Below, piece after piece: positions 30,373 through 40,741 of a DNA stretch of 64,000 nucleotides. Every line of letters begins with the position of its first letter. Within the stretch, counting starts at the first letter, position 1. The stretch comes from an uncultured Oscillospiraceae bacterium. GTDB lineage: Bacteria; Bacillota; Clostridia; Acetivibrionales; DTU013. A model generated the notes under the pieces. That model searched no databases and had not been told where the DNA came from. It worked only from the letters and a program-made list of their open reading frames with translations. The translations under genes were made by a program, and so were the position numbers. The stretch is taken from positions 267 to 64,266 of the forward strand of contig CAZEIH010000017.1 in assembly GCA_964512095.1 (NCBI GenBank), written 5' to 3'.

Positions 30373-32601
30373 TTAGTTATTTTGATAATTTACAGTCTCT
30401 ATCTTCATCTCACAGAAATCACAATTGTAATCTGTAATAAAAAATCCCGCCTTGCCTTTATTATTAAAAAAACAAACCCTGTACATATCCTCAATCTCAT
30501 TTTCACCTTCATTTATGATATCAACAAACTGCCCATTGCCACTATTTGCAGCGCTATCCATCCCCAATCCATATGTATATGTCTTCCCTTTATCATTAAC
30601 AAAGGTCACATTGGCACAATTATTCTTAGAGTCATAGCTTAGTGTGAAAACATAGTAAAATTTATAAGTACCCTTCTGTGTTGCAATGGTATATCTTCTT
30701 TTATATGTAGTGGGTACAACAGAATCATAGCCTATATCTAAATGTAATCCATTGTTTCCACTAGCAGTATTATTCCTATTTAACCTTAGTATTTCATTCT
30801 TTAATCCGGCACCGTATAACTGCCTTCCCTCATAAAAGGTTGGCGAATTCTGTGATTCAATTAAATTACCAGACATATATGACTTAGTAAACTTACCGCT
30901 GTAAGCCAGTCCCGAGCTTCCGCTCCCTGTATCGGTAATTGTGTTATTTAAAAAATCAAGCTTCTCTGCTACAGCGTTATAAAAAACATAACCAAGAGGA
31001 GCCGCTATTCTGTTGTTTTTCACACTAATACTTTTAATGTTTGTTGTCGCAAAACTTCTGTTATCAACAACTCTTAGTAAATTCAATACATTATCACTTT
31101 TTGAATCAATCTCAATTGTATTATCACTAATATCAATAGACTTGGTTGTATAATCATCATCCAGCCTAACTATGGCAATATTACCCGAAGCTTTTTTAGC
31201 CCTAATAGTATTACCACAAATGGCTAAATCGCTTATTGACATACTAGATTCAGGAAATCTCAGGTCATACACATCAAATAAATTATTATTTATGGCATAT
31301 GAATCAGCATGCTGAGTTAGGCTGACAAAATACACAAACAGGTTATCCTTTAGCTGACCAACCCTTTTAGCAAAATCCTCCTCAACAATAAACTTGTTAT
31401 GAGAATAATTCCTTACCAGAGGACTTCCTACTCCCCCCTTAGACTTGAGCAGTGTATTATTCGACTTATCTGGAGCAAAGCATATATTGTTTTTCCAGGT
31501 GTTATTTGTGTAATTGACCAACCGCGAACTAAGATATGCATCATAAACGGCAAATTTCTCAAGGGTCTTCATACCTTCAACATGGTTGTTATTGTATAAA
31601 ACCTCATCACCCTCATATAAAACAAAGGTATAGTATAGCCCCGAAGATGTTTCACCCCACCATGCATCGTCACACATAACCTTATTGTTGTCTACCTTCA
31701 AATATTTTATATGCTTGTAAAGCTTATTTTCATAAGGTATACCATTGGATATGGATATAGAAAGAAATTTATACTGAAAGTTTTGAACTGAATTGTCCTT
31801 TACTTCACAATAGTCTACTGGTATATCATTAAGCAGAATAAATGAATATCGTGTATTTGACACCCTATTATTCTTAAAAACAAACTCTCCTACTCCATAG
31901 TCCATACTATCAGGGTCAATATCAGTTTTCCCATAGTGTCTATACAATGAAATATTGCCATCAAATGAACACCCCTGTATATGGACACTATCCACCTTTG
32001 CATCAATTTTATTATCGTTATATACAATAAGAAAGGAGCTATTATTGTCGTTTCTAAACTTTACGTCCTTCAATATTATATTGCTCAAGGCAGATGTATC
32101 AAAAAGGTGAACACTATTCTCATTATCTGAAATCAGTTCCCCATTTTCTGTCCCTGTGATTTCAACCATACGCGTTGTCAATACCTCAGATGGCGTGGAG
32201 ATATAGTAAGAGTCATCAATGATTATTTTATTGCTCCTATTGAGAGCTTCTATAAGTAGGTTTGCATTATCTGTCGCCTTACTCTTATCATTTGGAACAA
32301 GACCTGCATCCTTCGCAAGATATGACAAAGGCACCAATGGAGCACTTTCATCTTTTATTATTATGTCTCCCGGACTTTCCTGTGCCTTTTGTATAATACC
32401 ATCTGTCTTATCAGCTATAGTTGAACCTGCAAAAACAAAGCCTTCATCATCAGGCTCCTCATATGTCGCTTCCCTTTCATACCCAGAAAATGCAACAGTA
32501 GGCCTGCCTTCATGTTCGCTATCATAGACAAATGTCAGAAAAATAATACTAATAGATACAATACTTAATGTTACACATTTTGCAAAAGTGTTCTGCTTCA
32601 T
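30373..32601 (-). CDS. membrane-anchored hypothetical protein, probable right-handed beta-helix
   Basis: 742 aa. One N-terminal TM (VTLSIVSISIIFLTFVY) is followed by Asn/Ile/Val-rich periodic sequence (…NNRVSNT…VKDNSVQN…VDNNKV…YNNNHVEG…) typical of parallel beta-helix repeats. Confidence 0.45.
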   Translation of the reverse strand: MKQNTFAKCVTLSIVSISIIFLTFVYDSEHEGRPTVAFSGYEREATYEEPDDEGFVFAGSTIADKTDGIIQKAQESPGDIIIKDESAPLVPLSYLAKDAGLVPNDKSKATDNANLLIEALNRSNKIIIDDSYYISTPSEVLTTRMVEITGTENGELISDNENSVHLFDTSALSNIILKDVKFRNDNNSSFLIVYNDNKIDAKVDSVHIQGCSFDGNISLYRHYGKTDIDPDSMDYGVGEFVFKNNRVSNTRYSFILLNDIPVDYCEVKDNSVQNFQYKFLSISISNGIPYENKLYKHIKYLKVDNNKVMCDDAWWGETSSGLYYTFVLYEGDEVLYNNNHVEGMKTLEKFAVYDAYLSSRLVNYTNNTWKNNICFAPDKSNNTLLKSKGGVGSPLVRNYSHNKFIVEEDFAKRVGQLKDNLFVYFVSLTQHADSYAINNNLFDVYDLRFPESSMSISDLAICGNTIRAKKASGNIAIVRLDDDYTTKSIDISDNTIEIDSKSDNVLNLLRVVDNRSFATTNIKSISVKNNRIAAPLGYVFYNAVAEKLDFLNNTITDTGSGSSGLAYSGKFTKSYMSGNLIESQNSPTFYEGRQLYGAGLKNEILRLNRNNTASGNNGLHLDIGYDSVVPTTYKRRYTIATQKGTYKFYYVFTLSYDSKNNCANVTFVNDKGKTYTYGLGMDSAANSGNGQFVDIINEGENEIEDMYRVCFFNNKGKAGFFITDYNCDFCEMKIETVNYQNN

Positions 32602-32617
32602 AATACCTCACCCAAAA

Positions 32618-33784
32618 TCAATCTCTACTAAATATATCCCTGGTGTACACTTTTTCTTTTACATCAGAAATCTCTTCAGCCATTCTATTTGACACAATAA
32701 TATCTGCAATCTGCTTAAATTCTTCAAAATCTCGAATAACCCGAGAATTAAAGAAGCTATCCTCTTTTAGCCAAGGCTCATAAACCACTACTTCAATGCC
32801 CTTGGCCTTTATTCTCTTCATAATGCCCTGTACAGATGAAGCTCTGAAGTTGTCGGAATTCATTTTCATTGTCAAACGATATATCCCCACAACCTTGGGC
32901 CCTCCTCTCAAAATCATATCAGCTATATGATCCTTTCTTGTCCTGTTTGAATCAACAATAGCGCAAATAAGATTATTAGGAACATCTTCATAGTTGGCCT
33001 TTAGCTGCTTTGTATCCTTTGGAAGGCAGTAGCCACCGTAGCCAAAGGACGGGTTGTTATAATGGCAGCCTATTCTTGAATCCAGGCATACGCCTTCAAT
33101 TATTTGCTTTGTATTTAATCCTCTAATCTCTGCATAAGTATCCAGTTCATTGAAAAATGCCACTCGTAAAGCCAAATAAGTATTGGAAAATAGCTTAATA
33201 GCTTCCGCCTCGGTGGAATCTGTAAAAAGCACAGGTATATCTTCCTTTATCGCACCCTGTACCAGCAGATCCGCAAACCTTTTTGCCCTGTCCGACTGTT
33301 CACCTATTATAATCCTTGAGGGATGCAAATTATCATAAAGAGCCTTTCCCTCCCTAAGAAACTCCGGTGAAAAAATAATATTCTCCGTTACAAACATTTC
33401 TCTGACTTTCTTTGTGTATCCCACAGGCACTGTAGACTTTATAATTATTGTTGCATCAGGATTGATGGACAGCACATTGGCAATTACCGCCTCCACACTT
33501 CTCGTATTAAAGTAATTCTTTTCAGGGTCATAGTTTGTTGGCGTTGAGATTATAACGTAATCCGCACCGTCTATGGCTTTATATGCATCTGTCGTTGCCG
33601 TAAGCCTCAACTCCTTATTTGTCAGGTACTCCTCCACCTCTGCGTCAACAATTGGTGACACCATATTGTTCACCATATCAACCTTTTGCTGAATAATATC
33701 AAAAGCAACTACATCATTATGCTGCGCAAGTAATATCGCATTAGATAGGCCGACATAGCCCATTCCCGCTACTGTTATCTTCAT
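32618..33784 (-). CDS. ugd: UDP-glucose 6-dehydrogenase
   Basis: [15 protein letters not shown]-binding motif and the catalytic [10 protein letters not shown]. Start set at ATG 33784 after GGGAGTGGGG. Confidence 0.9.
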   Translation of the reverse strand: MKITVAGMGYVGLSNAILLAQHNDVVAFDIIQQKVDMVNNMVSPIVDAEVEEYLTNKELRLTATTDAYKAIDGADYVIISTPTNYDPEKNYFNTRSVEAVIANVLSINPDATIIIKSTVPVGYTKKVREMFVTENIIFSPEFLREGKALYDNLHPSRIIIGEQSDRAKRFADLLVQGAIKEDIPVLFTDSTEAEAIKLFSNTYLALRVAFFNELDTYAEIRGLNTKQIIEGVCLDSRIGCHYNNPSFGYGGYCLPKDTKQLKANYEDVPNNLICAIVDSNRTRKDHIADMILRGGPKVVGIYRLTMKMNSDNFRASSVQGIMKRIKAKGIEVVVYEPWLKEDSFFNSRVIRDFEEFKQIADIIVSNRMAEEISDVKEKVYTRDIFSRD

Positions 33785-33805
33785 AACCCCACTCCCTGTC
33801 AATAT

Positions 33806-34816
33806 CTATTTTTTTCTAAAGTAATCCTTATACCACTCAACAAATTTCCCCAAGCCGGCTTCAATACCTGTATCAGGCTTAAACCCTGCAGTTCTCTCCA
33901 AATCGGAGACATCCGCATACGTTCTAAGCACATCACCGGGCTGCATATCCATATATACCTTTATTGCCTTCTTTCCAATTTTATCCTCCAGAACAGATAT
34001 AAACTCTTCCAGTCTTACCGGCTTATTGTTTCCGATATTATATATTCTGTATGGAGCAAAACTAGCCCCAAGCCTGCCATCCTCCTCGCTCCAATCAGGC
34101 TTCGGCTCAGGCGCCAGCGGTATAAGCCTATATATGCCCATCACAATATCATCTATGTAAGTAAAATCTCGTTCCATGTTTCCATGGTTGAACACTTTAA
34201 TGGGCTTGCCGTTTATTATTTTCTCCGTAAATGAAAAATAAGCCATATCAGGCCTTCCCCATGGTCCATAAACAGTAAAGAACCTAAGCCCTGTAGTTGG
34301 TATTCCGTACAAATGGCTGTAGGTGTGAGCCATTAATTCATTGGACTTTTTAGTGGCAGCATAGAGGCTCACCGGATGATCTACACTGTGGTCAGTGGAA
34401 AAGGGAGTAATCTTATTGCCACCGTAAACTGAGCTAGATGATGCATAAATAAGATGCTTCACAGGATAATGCCTACATGCCTCCAATATATTCATGAAGC
34501 CTACTATATTGGAATCAATATATGCATAGGGATTAATAATGCTATATCTAACACCGGCCTGAGCTGCCAGATGTATGACACAGTCAAATTGGTTTTCAGA
34601 AAACAGACTGTCAATATCAGTCTTATCCTTTAAGTCAAATTGATGAAATTTAAAGCCATTATACTTTTCTAAATTCCTAAGACGATCCTTTTTAAGCTGT
34701 ACATCATAATAATCATTCATATTGTCTATGCCAATAACCTGATAGGTATTATCAAGTAAATAAGCTGACATATGATATCCAATGAATCCTGCACAGCCTG
34801 TAATTAATATTTTCAT
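33806..34816 (-). CDS. NAD-dependent epimerase, probable UDP-glucuronate 4-epimerase
   Basis: ILITGCAGFIGYH and YAATKKSNE (YxxxK). It lies directly upstream of ugd, the usual pairing for UDP-GalA synthesis. Confidence 0.7.
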   Translation of the reverse strand: MKILITGCAGFIGYHMSAYLLDNTYQVIGIDNMNDYYDVQLKKDRLRNLEKYNGFKFHQFDLKDKTDIDSLFSENQFDCVIHLAAQAGVRYSIINPYAYIDSNIVGFMNILEACRHYPVKHLIYASSSSVYGGNKITPFSTDHSVDHPVSLYAATKKSNELMAHTYSHLYGIPTTGLRFFTVYGPWGRPDMAYFSFTEKIINGKPIKVFNHGNMERDFTYIDDIVMGIYRLIPLAPEPKPDWSEEDGRLGASFAPYRIYNIGNNKPVRLEEFISVLEDKIGKKAIKVYMDMQPGDVLRTYADVSDLERTAGFKPDTGIEAGLGKFVEWYKDYFRKK

Positions 34817-36282
34817 AAAGCTCGCTCCCTATATAAATTCTTTACATGCCCCTTTGCAAACCTCCTAATGTCTCCTGACATCAAAAGAAGTAGCCCAAAA
34901 TAGAGAATAGCCGACACAAGAATCACGCAAAAGCTCCATAACAATCCGCTTCCAATGCCTCTTAATAGATATGCGACAAAACCCATAATTATTGTAGAAA
35001 TTGCTATGGGCAAAATGCCCTTAAGGGATTTCAGTAACGGTATCCCTATTACAAAATTCATTAAGATTACGTGGACTAAAACTAACTCTAGTCTTATCCA
35101 TGATCGAGCATTAACCAAAGACCAGAATCCATATTCCTTACTAATTATACAAACAGGTATCAGAACTATTAAGTGAAGCATTTGAGCTAAGAATGACAGC
35201 TTAGGCTTTCCCAAAGCCCTATATACTTCACTGCAATAGTGCCCGAATACTATTGTAATTGAACTGGTAAGAGCCCAGATACCAATTACTCCGCTGGCCT
35301 CTGCCCACTTACTTCCAAGGAGTAACTGTGTCGCCAGGTCACTAAAGATGTATACGCCTACACCAATAGGTAAAACGAACAGAGCTACATTCCTTTGCGT
35401 AGAATAATACATATCTTCAAACTGCTTTCTATCATTCTGCAAACGAGACAATGCAGAAAACAGCACAGGCGCAGTAGAAGCCGTTATTATGGCCATGAGA
35501 GAATTAACCATTGATGTAGATGTCTTATACAATCCCAGGTAATATTCGCTCAAAGAACTACTTATTATAAATGCATCAATCCATATTGTAAACCATATGG
35601 AAATCGCCTCTATAAGTGACCACAAACTAAATGAAAGCATTTTTTTTAGTATTCCAAAATTATAAAAAATTACAGGCTTCCATTTTGATTTAATTGTAAG
35701 AATAATTGCATTTGATAACTGTGTACATATCAGACCAATGATAAGTGACCAATAACCCATACCAAGTACAGCTAGTGGAATTGTAACAAAGATAGGTATA
35801 CATACTGTAAATATCCTTGCAATAAAAAGAGTTTTAAAATCTAAATCTCTTCTATATAAAGCCATTTGGATACTTGAGAAGGATGTTAACGGAAGCTGTA
35901 CACATGCAATAGATATCACATTCCCTAAGCCTGGATTTCCGACAACTACAGCAATTGGATCTGCGAACAGTATAATTATTGCCCATAGAATCAAGGACAC
36001 CAATAGATTTGACCAAAATACTACATTAGTGTATTTAGTTTTCTCATTCTCATCAGAAAACTCACTCTGTACTAAGTACTTTTGAAAGCCTGCGTCCGTA
36101 AACATATCAGCAAAGCTTACAATCATTGTTACTGATGCAATTACCCCGAAAGCCTCAGGTGCCAATATTCTCGCCAATACCATATTAGTTATTGGTGCTA
36201 TGATTTTTGCACCAATCTCAGTAATTGCAGACCACTTTGTTGCTAATGCAACTTTATTTCTTAGTTTTTTATCGATAGACAT
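34813..36282 (-). CDS. wzx: Wzx-type polysaccharide flippase (MOP family)
   Basis: 489 aa with about 12-14 TM helices. There is a 4-nt overlap with the downstream epimerase. Confidence 0.8.
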   Translation of the reverse strand: MSIDKKLRNKVALATKWSAITEIGAKIIAPITNMVLARILAPEAFGVIASVTMIVSFADMFTDAGFQKYLVQSEFSDENEKTKYTNVVFWSNLLVSLILWAIIILFADPIAVVVGNPGLGNVISIACVQLPLTSFSSIQMALYRRDLDFKTLFIARIFTVCIPIFVTIPLAVLGMGYWSLIIGLICTQLSNAIILTIKSKWKPVIFYNFGILKKMLSFSLWSLIEAISIWFTIWIDAFIISSSLSEYYLGLYKTSTSMVNSLMAIITASTAPVLFSALSRLQNDRKQFEDMYYSTQRNVALFVLPIGVGVYIFSDLATQLLLGSKWAEASGVIGIWALTSSITIVFGHYCSEVYRALGKPKLSFLAQMLHLIVLIPVCIISKEYGFWSLVNARSWIRLELVLVHVILMNFVIGIPLLKSLKGILPIAISTIIMGFVAYLLRGIGSGLLWSFCVILVSAILYFGLLLLMSGDIRRFAKGHVKNLYRERAL

Positions 36283-37399
36283 TAGTCTCCTTTATATATG
36301 TCAGGAACAATTCCCGATGCGCCTCACATTCAATATAATTTTGTATAGCTAGCAGTTGTTTATTTTTATATTTATGTCTCGAAATATAGCCCTTTAGTAA
36401 TCTATTATCGATTATAGTCTTCCACTTTCCAAAACCTGCAATATTCCTTATATAGTTTGAAAAATAACTCATAGCAAATTGGATATAATTCTGCTTGATA
36501 AATCCTTCCTGCAACATTTCACCAGAGCGTTTGATAAATGCCTCTAAAATAGTAGAAGCTGATTTTTCATCGGCTAGCTTAATAGAATTATTAGACTTCA
36601 TTATCGGAATATAATTAACAACCATGTTACGTTTTACAGACACTTTTATTAGTAATGATGTGTTCCAAAATTCATTATCATACTTGCTAAAAACAAAGTT
36701 GCCCTGTCCATAAACAATTGTTGCTCCATTGTATTCCTCAAAGCAACCAATACAATGGCTATGTTGACAGACAACTAAATCCGCACCCTTGTCAGACATT
36801 TTTCTACAGATCCTCTGTAGGTTTGGAGAAGGATATCTATAGTGTTCCTTACCCCCATGGTACAAAACAATGACATAATCACATTTAGATTTTAAATCAA
36901 CAATATGATCCAGGCTTTCCAAAGGATCAAAGGGATTAGCGCCGGGTGTGTTTTCGGTAGCAATTGAGAACTCATGCTCAGCGCAATTATAAATACCGAT
37001 TTTCATCTTGTCTTCAGTAAATATGTAAGGCTTAGCTGCTTCTCTCAAATTGATTCCCGCACCAATGAAGGGTATATTATGTTTTTCTAGCAGGTGCTGA
37101 GTTCTTTCCAGCCCGTCAGCTCCCTGATCTAATATATGGTTGTTTGCTAATGCAACCAGTGATGGATTAAGGGATGCAATCCCCTTCATTGAGCTTTCCG
37201 GTGCTGCCAGGCATGGCCCATTCTTATCTATAGGCTCCAGCTCATCAGTAAGAGGAGCTTCTAAATTGAATAAACGTATATCTGCACTACTCCATATTGA
37301 ATATAATTCTGAGCCTAACAATTCTTCTGTATTAGCTTTATCAAATAAGTCAAAATTTGCAGCAGTTGGGACTAGATCACCGCCAACCAGTATTTCCAT
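36269..37399 (-). CDS. CapA/PGA_cap-family metallophosphatase-like protein
   Basis: 376 aa with VALANNHILD, VIVLYHGGKEH and VVCQHSHC motifs typical of the CapA family. Confidence 0.7.
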   Translation of the reverse strand: MEILVGGDLVPTAANFDLFDKANTEELLGSELYSIWSSADIRLFNLEAPLTDELEPIDKNGPCLAAPESSMKGIASLNPSLVALANNHILDQGADGLERTQHLLEKHNIPFIGAGINLREAAKPYIFTEDKMKIGIYNCAEHEFSIATENTPGANPFDPLESLDHIVDLKSKCDYVIVLYHGGKEHYRYPSPNLQRICRKMSDKGADLVVCQHSHCIGCFEEYNGATIVYGQGNFVFSKYDNEFWNTSLLIKVSVKRNMVVNYIPIMKSNNSIKLADEKSASTILEAFIKRSGEMLQEGFIKQNYIQFAMSYFSNYIRNIAGFGKWKTIIDNRLLKGYISRHKYKNKQLLAIQNYIECEAHRELFLTYIKETNVYR

Positions 37400-38330
37400 T
37401 CTTTACTCCCTCGTTATTATTAATTTCGATCCAGCTACCTAATAGGAAATTATCTTCCTCATTATCATAATCAGAGAAGCCGCAAGCACTATAGAAGGTT
37501 ATTTCACCAAAATAGAGCTTATCTTTCACAATGTACCAATCCACACGAACATGGTACATATTCTTTGCTATTAGCTCAGATTTGCTAATCATCTCATCCA
37601 AAAAAACAGGTCTGGGAATATCCATGTCAGATTTCGGCAAACCATTTTTTGTTTTTGAAATGTTGGTTTTTATCCAATCAGTGTCATAGTTGTCACATGT
37701 ATGGTTTTGGTTAAAGCGATTCAAATGAACCTGAATCAGCTTAGCTTTACCATTAAAGCACATCACCTTATAATCTTCAGGGGCTTCATTAGTATTAGAA
37801 ATAAACTGCTCACATATGATTCTTGGCTTAACACTCTTGTAAGGCCACTCCCTACCATACCAGTACCAATTTTGCCTCAGCCATCTGTCCAGCTTTCTGC
37901 TTGAATTCTTTAAATTCAATTTGCCTTTATCAGTACACACAATATTGGTACTTGAACCATGGGTGCATTTAAGTACAAATTTATCCGGCAGACATTCCCA
38001 CCTTATATCCTTCACATCATCATACACACCGAGCAAAGGCACCAGATAATCCTCACCAATAGTTTTAGCAACATATAACCTTACCTCATATTTATCTACA
38101 TAAGTGCTATACTCGTCTTTTCTATCATTTAGCTTTAACCACTGAAGCTTTTCGCTATATAATCTTGGGCTATCTAAGTCTAATTTTTTTCCCACATACA
38201 TCCTGTACATTATTTTTAAAAACAACTCATCAGGAATAATTCTGCATAACTTGAGTCTAAGTATGTGTATAATAATCAGCCTTGGTCTTTTTATTGCATA
38301 TATAATTTTGTTAATCACGATTATCCTCAC
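37377..38330 (-). CDS. TupA-like ATP-grasp amidoligase family protein
   Basis: YSEKLQWLKLNDRKDEYSTYVDKYEVRLYV and RVDWYIVKDKLYFGEITF are characteristic of the TupA-like ATP-grasp family. Confidence 0.75.
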   Translation of the reverse strand: MRIIVINKIIYAIKRPRLIIIHILRLKLCRIIPDELFLKIMYRMYVGKKLDLDSPRLYSEKLQWLKLNDRKDEYSTYVDKYEVRLYVAKTIGEDYLVPLLGVYDDVKDIRWECLPDKFVLKCTHGSSTNIVCTDKGKLNLKNSSRKLDRWLRQNWYWYGREWPYKSVKPRIICEQFISNTNEAPEDYKVMCFNGKAKLIQVHLNRFNQNHTCDNYDTDWIKTNISKTKNGLPKSDMDIPRPVFLDEMISKSELIAKNMYHVRVDWYIVKDKLYFGEITFYSACGFSDYDNEEDNFLLGSWIEINNNEGVKNGNTGWR

Positions 38331-39516
38331 ATTTGTTTTTATTTGTACAAAAGCAAATAGTAGACGCTAGCGCCAGCAAAATACTAAAATGCTTATTATC
38401 GTAATAAACAATTGATGGAGATAGGATTATATAGGAAATAATTATAGCCAAGAATGTAAAGCTAATTATCTCCAATGTTCTATTTTTTGAAGTTTTAAGT
38501 AAGTCTCTCACTAAAACAACATGAGTCATGTAATATGCTAATAGCCCAAATGCACCCACGCCTACCATTAACTCAATAAAGTTATTATGAGAATATGTAC
38601 CACTGTATAGAAATCTATAATTGTCTATACCATAACCAGTAATGGGCCTTTTAAGAAAAAATCCCAATCCTACTTTTGTCATACCATACCTAACATTAAT
38701 AGATGCCTCATTAGTACTCTCTCCAGATAAAAAGGCAAAAGTATTCTCTATTCTAACCCCTATTATTTGATAAAAAAGAGGTATGTTAAAAACCAAGTAA
38801 TAGGAAATCAGCAAAACACAAGTACTAACGACAATAAATTTGAGATGCTTTGATAAACCCTTTCTGTTCTTCAAATAGGATATGATTATTATGTTTATAA
38901 TAATAAAAAGCAATGATTTTCTTGATCCTGTCAACAGAACACTCGGAATCATGACCAAAAAAAATGTCGCAAATAAATATTTTTTTTTACTTATTATCAT
39001 ATAGAAGCAAAAAATTGATGATATCGCTATATTCATTCCCACAGCATTTTGATTACCTAAATCACGGCCATATCTTGTAACCATAGAAAAATCAGAATTC
39101 AAAATAATAAAAATACTAGTAAACAGCCCTGCATAAATAAAACTTTTAACTATTACCATGACTTTTTCGTATGTATCAATATAATTGACAAGTGAAAACA
39201 TAACAATCAGAATCAAGAATAAGGTTCTAACTTTTGAAATTACTGTTCTTTGATTTACTGCAAAACAAGCTGAAATTACACACGAAACGATAAACAAAGT
39301 CTGGAAAAGAATTAGCTTGTTAAAGATAATATTCTTTCTGGATACTATTATGTTTATCCATATTGATGCAACGACTATTAATGCTAAAGCATTACTAATC
39401 ATGTTCAAGCCTTCTCTATATGTTAACAAATATAGGCTCATTACATAGAGAAATATTGACACGCTTGTCAACTTATCCATGCTTAATGATGGGTTTACTG
39501 CTTTATTTATTTGCAT
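38311..39516 (-). CDS. wzy: Wzy-type O-antigen/repeat-unit polymerase
   Basis: 401 aa with about 10 TM helices and an extracytoplasmic loop (…YSHNNFIELMVGVGAFG…). It is embedded between GT genes. Confidence 0.7.
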   Translation of the reverse strand: MQINKAVNPSLSMDKLTSVSIFLYVMSLYLLTYREGLNMISNALALIVVASIWINIIVSRKNIIFNKLILFQTLFIVSCVISACFAVNQRTVISKVRTLFLILIVMFSLVNYIDTYEKVMVIVKSFIYAGLFTSIFIILNSDFSMVTRYGRDLGNQNAVGMNIAISSIFCFYMIISKKKYLFATFFLVMIPSVLLTGSRKSLLFIIINIIIISYLKNRKGLSKHLKFIVVSTCVLLISYYLVFNIPLFYQIIGVRIENTFAFLSGESTNEASINVRYGMTKVGLGFFLKRPITGYGIDNYRFLYSGTYSHNNFIELMVGVGAFGLLAYYMTHVVLVRDLLKTSKNRTLEIISFTFLAIIISYIILSPSIVYYDNKHFSILLALASTICFCTNKNKCEDNRD

Positions 39517-39550
39517 AATATATATTTAAGTTCCTTTACTATTACTATAA

Positions 39551-40741
39551 CTAGCCATTAATGATAGACCTAAATTCTTCTTTGCAAATTTCATAGCTAA
39601 AGTCTCTAGCTCGTGGCATGGCCCTTTTCGAATAATAATTTACAATATCTTTGCTTTCAATTACCATATTCATAGCACCTGCTAACGCTATTTCCGAAGC
39701 ATCAATATGCGTTGGATCCCAATTCTCATCATTGCATAGAGGTGGTACAATAATACCAAAATCAGCCATCTCTATATCATTACTGACATGTTTTATATCC
39801 GGATTCTTGCACAGTATTTCTCTTGGGCCTGATTTGCAGTCGGCAGCAATAATGCAGCAACCACATGCCATCGCCTCTACCATCGCATTGGGAAACCCCT
39901 CAAACAATGATGACATTACATAAATAGAGCTTGCCTTAATGAATTTGAAAGGATTATCGTGTTGCCCCATTAGCAAAACACTTTTTTCAATATTTAATGC
40001 CTTTACTAGCTGGAGGGTTTTACCGTCATTATTATCCCGCCCTACTATTACTAGCTTTGCTTCAGGGCAATTATCATGAACAAGCTTGAAAGCCTTCACC
40101 AAGTGCCAGAAACCTTTCTGGTACATATCTCTCCCAACACTAATAAAAACCTTTCCATTATTAAAAAAGCTTGAATATTTATCTTCGATTTCTTCACTTG
40201 ATTTTTCTTGTATTTCAATAATGTCATAAGGGTTGTAAATAACATTTATTTTGTCTTTCTTGATTCCGTAATGAGCTTCCATGCTACTGGCTATTACCCT
40301 TGAAACAGGTATAACAGAATCAGCACTATTATAAAGAAGCTTAATACATAGATTCGTTATCCTCGATAGCAAGGAATTCTTGTTTTCATTCAATGAATAA
40401 TTTCTGATTGAAATAGCCACTTTACATTTAGGCGTCTTAGACAAAATATTAACAACATTAGGGCTATCTAAAAAACTTATCACACAATCCAGGGAGAGTT
40501 CTTTTTTGGTTTTTCTTAATAATAGAGACCTTTTTATTGTTGGAATCACTTTAAAAGAACTTTTATTTGCTTTTATATCCAAGTTAATAAGCTCTCCACA
40601 ATAATCGTAATTAACAAAGGTATCTTCGAATAAAATAATAAACACCTTAAACTCAGAGGATAAAATCTTTGATAGCCTGGAAACTACCCTTTCGGCTCCA
40701 CCATTATTAAGACTCGAAATAAGCAAACCAACTTTTTTCAT
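39551..40741 (-). CDS. glycosyltransferase family 4 (GT-B)
   Basis: EX7E region SLFEGFPNAMVEAMACG, with an N-terminal GGAERV motif. Confidence 0.85.
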   Translation of the reverse strand: MKKVGLLISSLNNGGAERVVSRLSKILSSEFKVFIILFEDTFVNYDYCGELINLDIKANKSSFKVIPTIKRSLLLRKTKKELSLDCVISFLDSPNVVNILSKTPKCKVAISIRNYSLNENKNSLLSRITNLCIKLLYNSADSVIPVSRVIASSMEAHYGIKKDKINVIYNPYDIIEIQEKSSEEIEDKYSSFFNNGKVFISVGRDMYQKGFWHLVKAFKLVHDNCPEAKLVIVGRDNNDGKTLQLVKALNIEKSVLLMGQHDNPFKFIKASSIYVMSSLFEGFPNAMVEAMACGCCIIAADCKSGPREILCKNPDIKHVSNDIEMADFGIIVPPLCNDENWDPTHIDASEIALAGAMNMVIESKDIVNYYSKRAMPRARDFSYEICKEEFRSIING

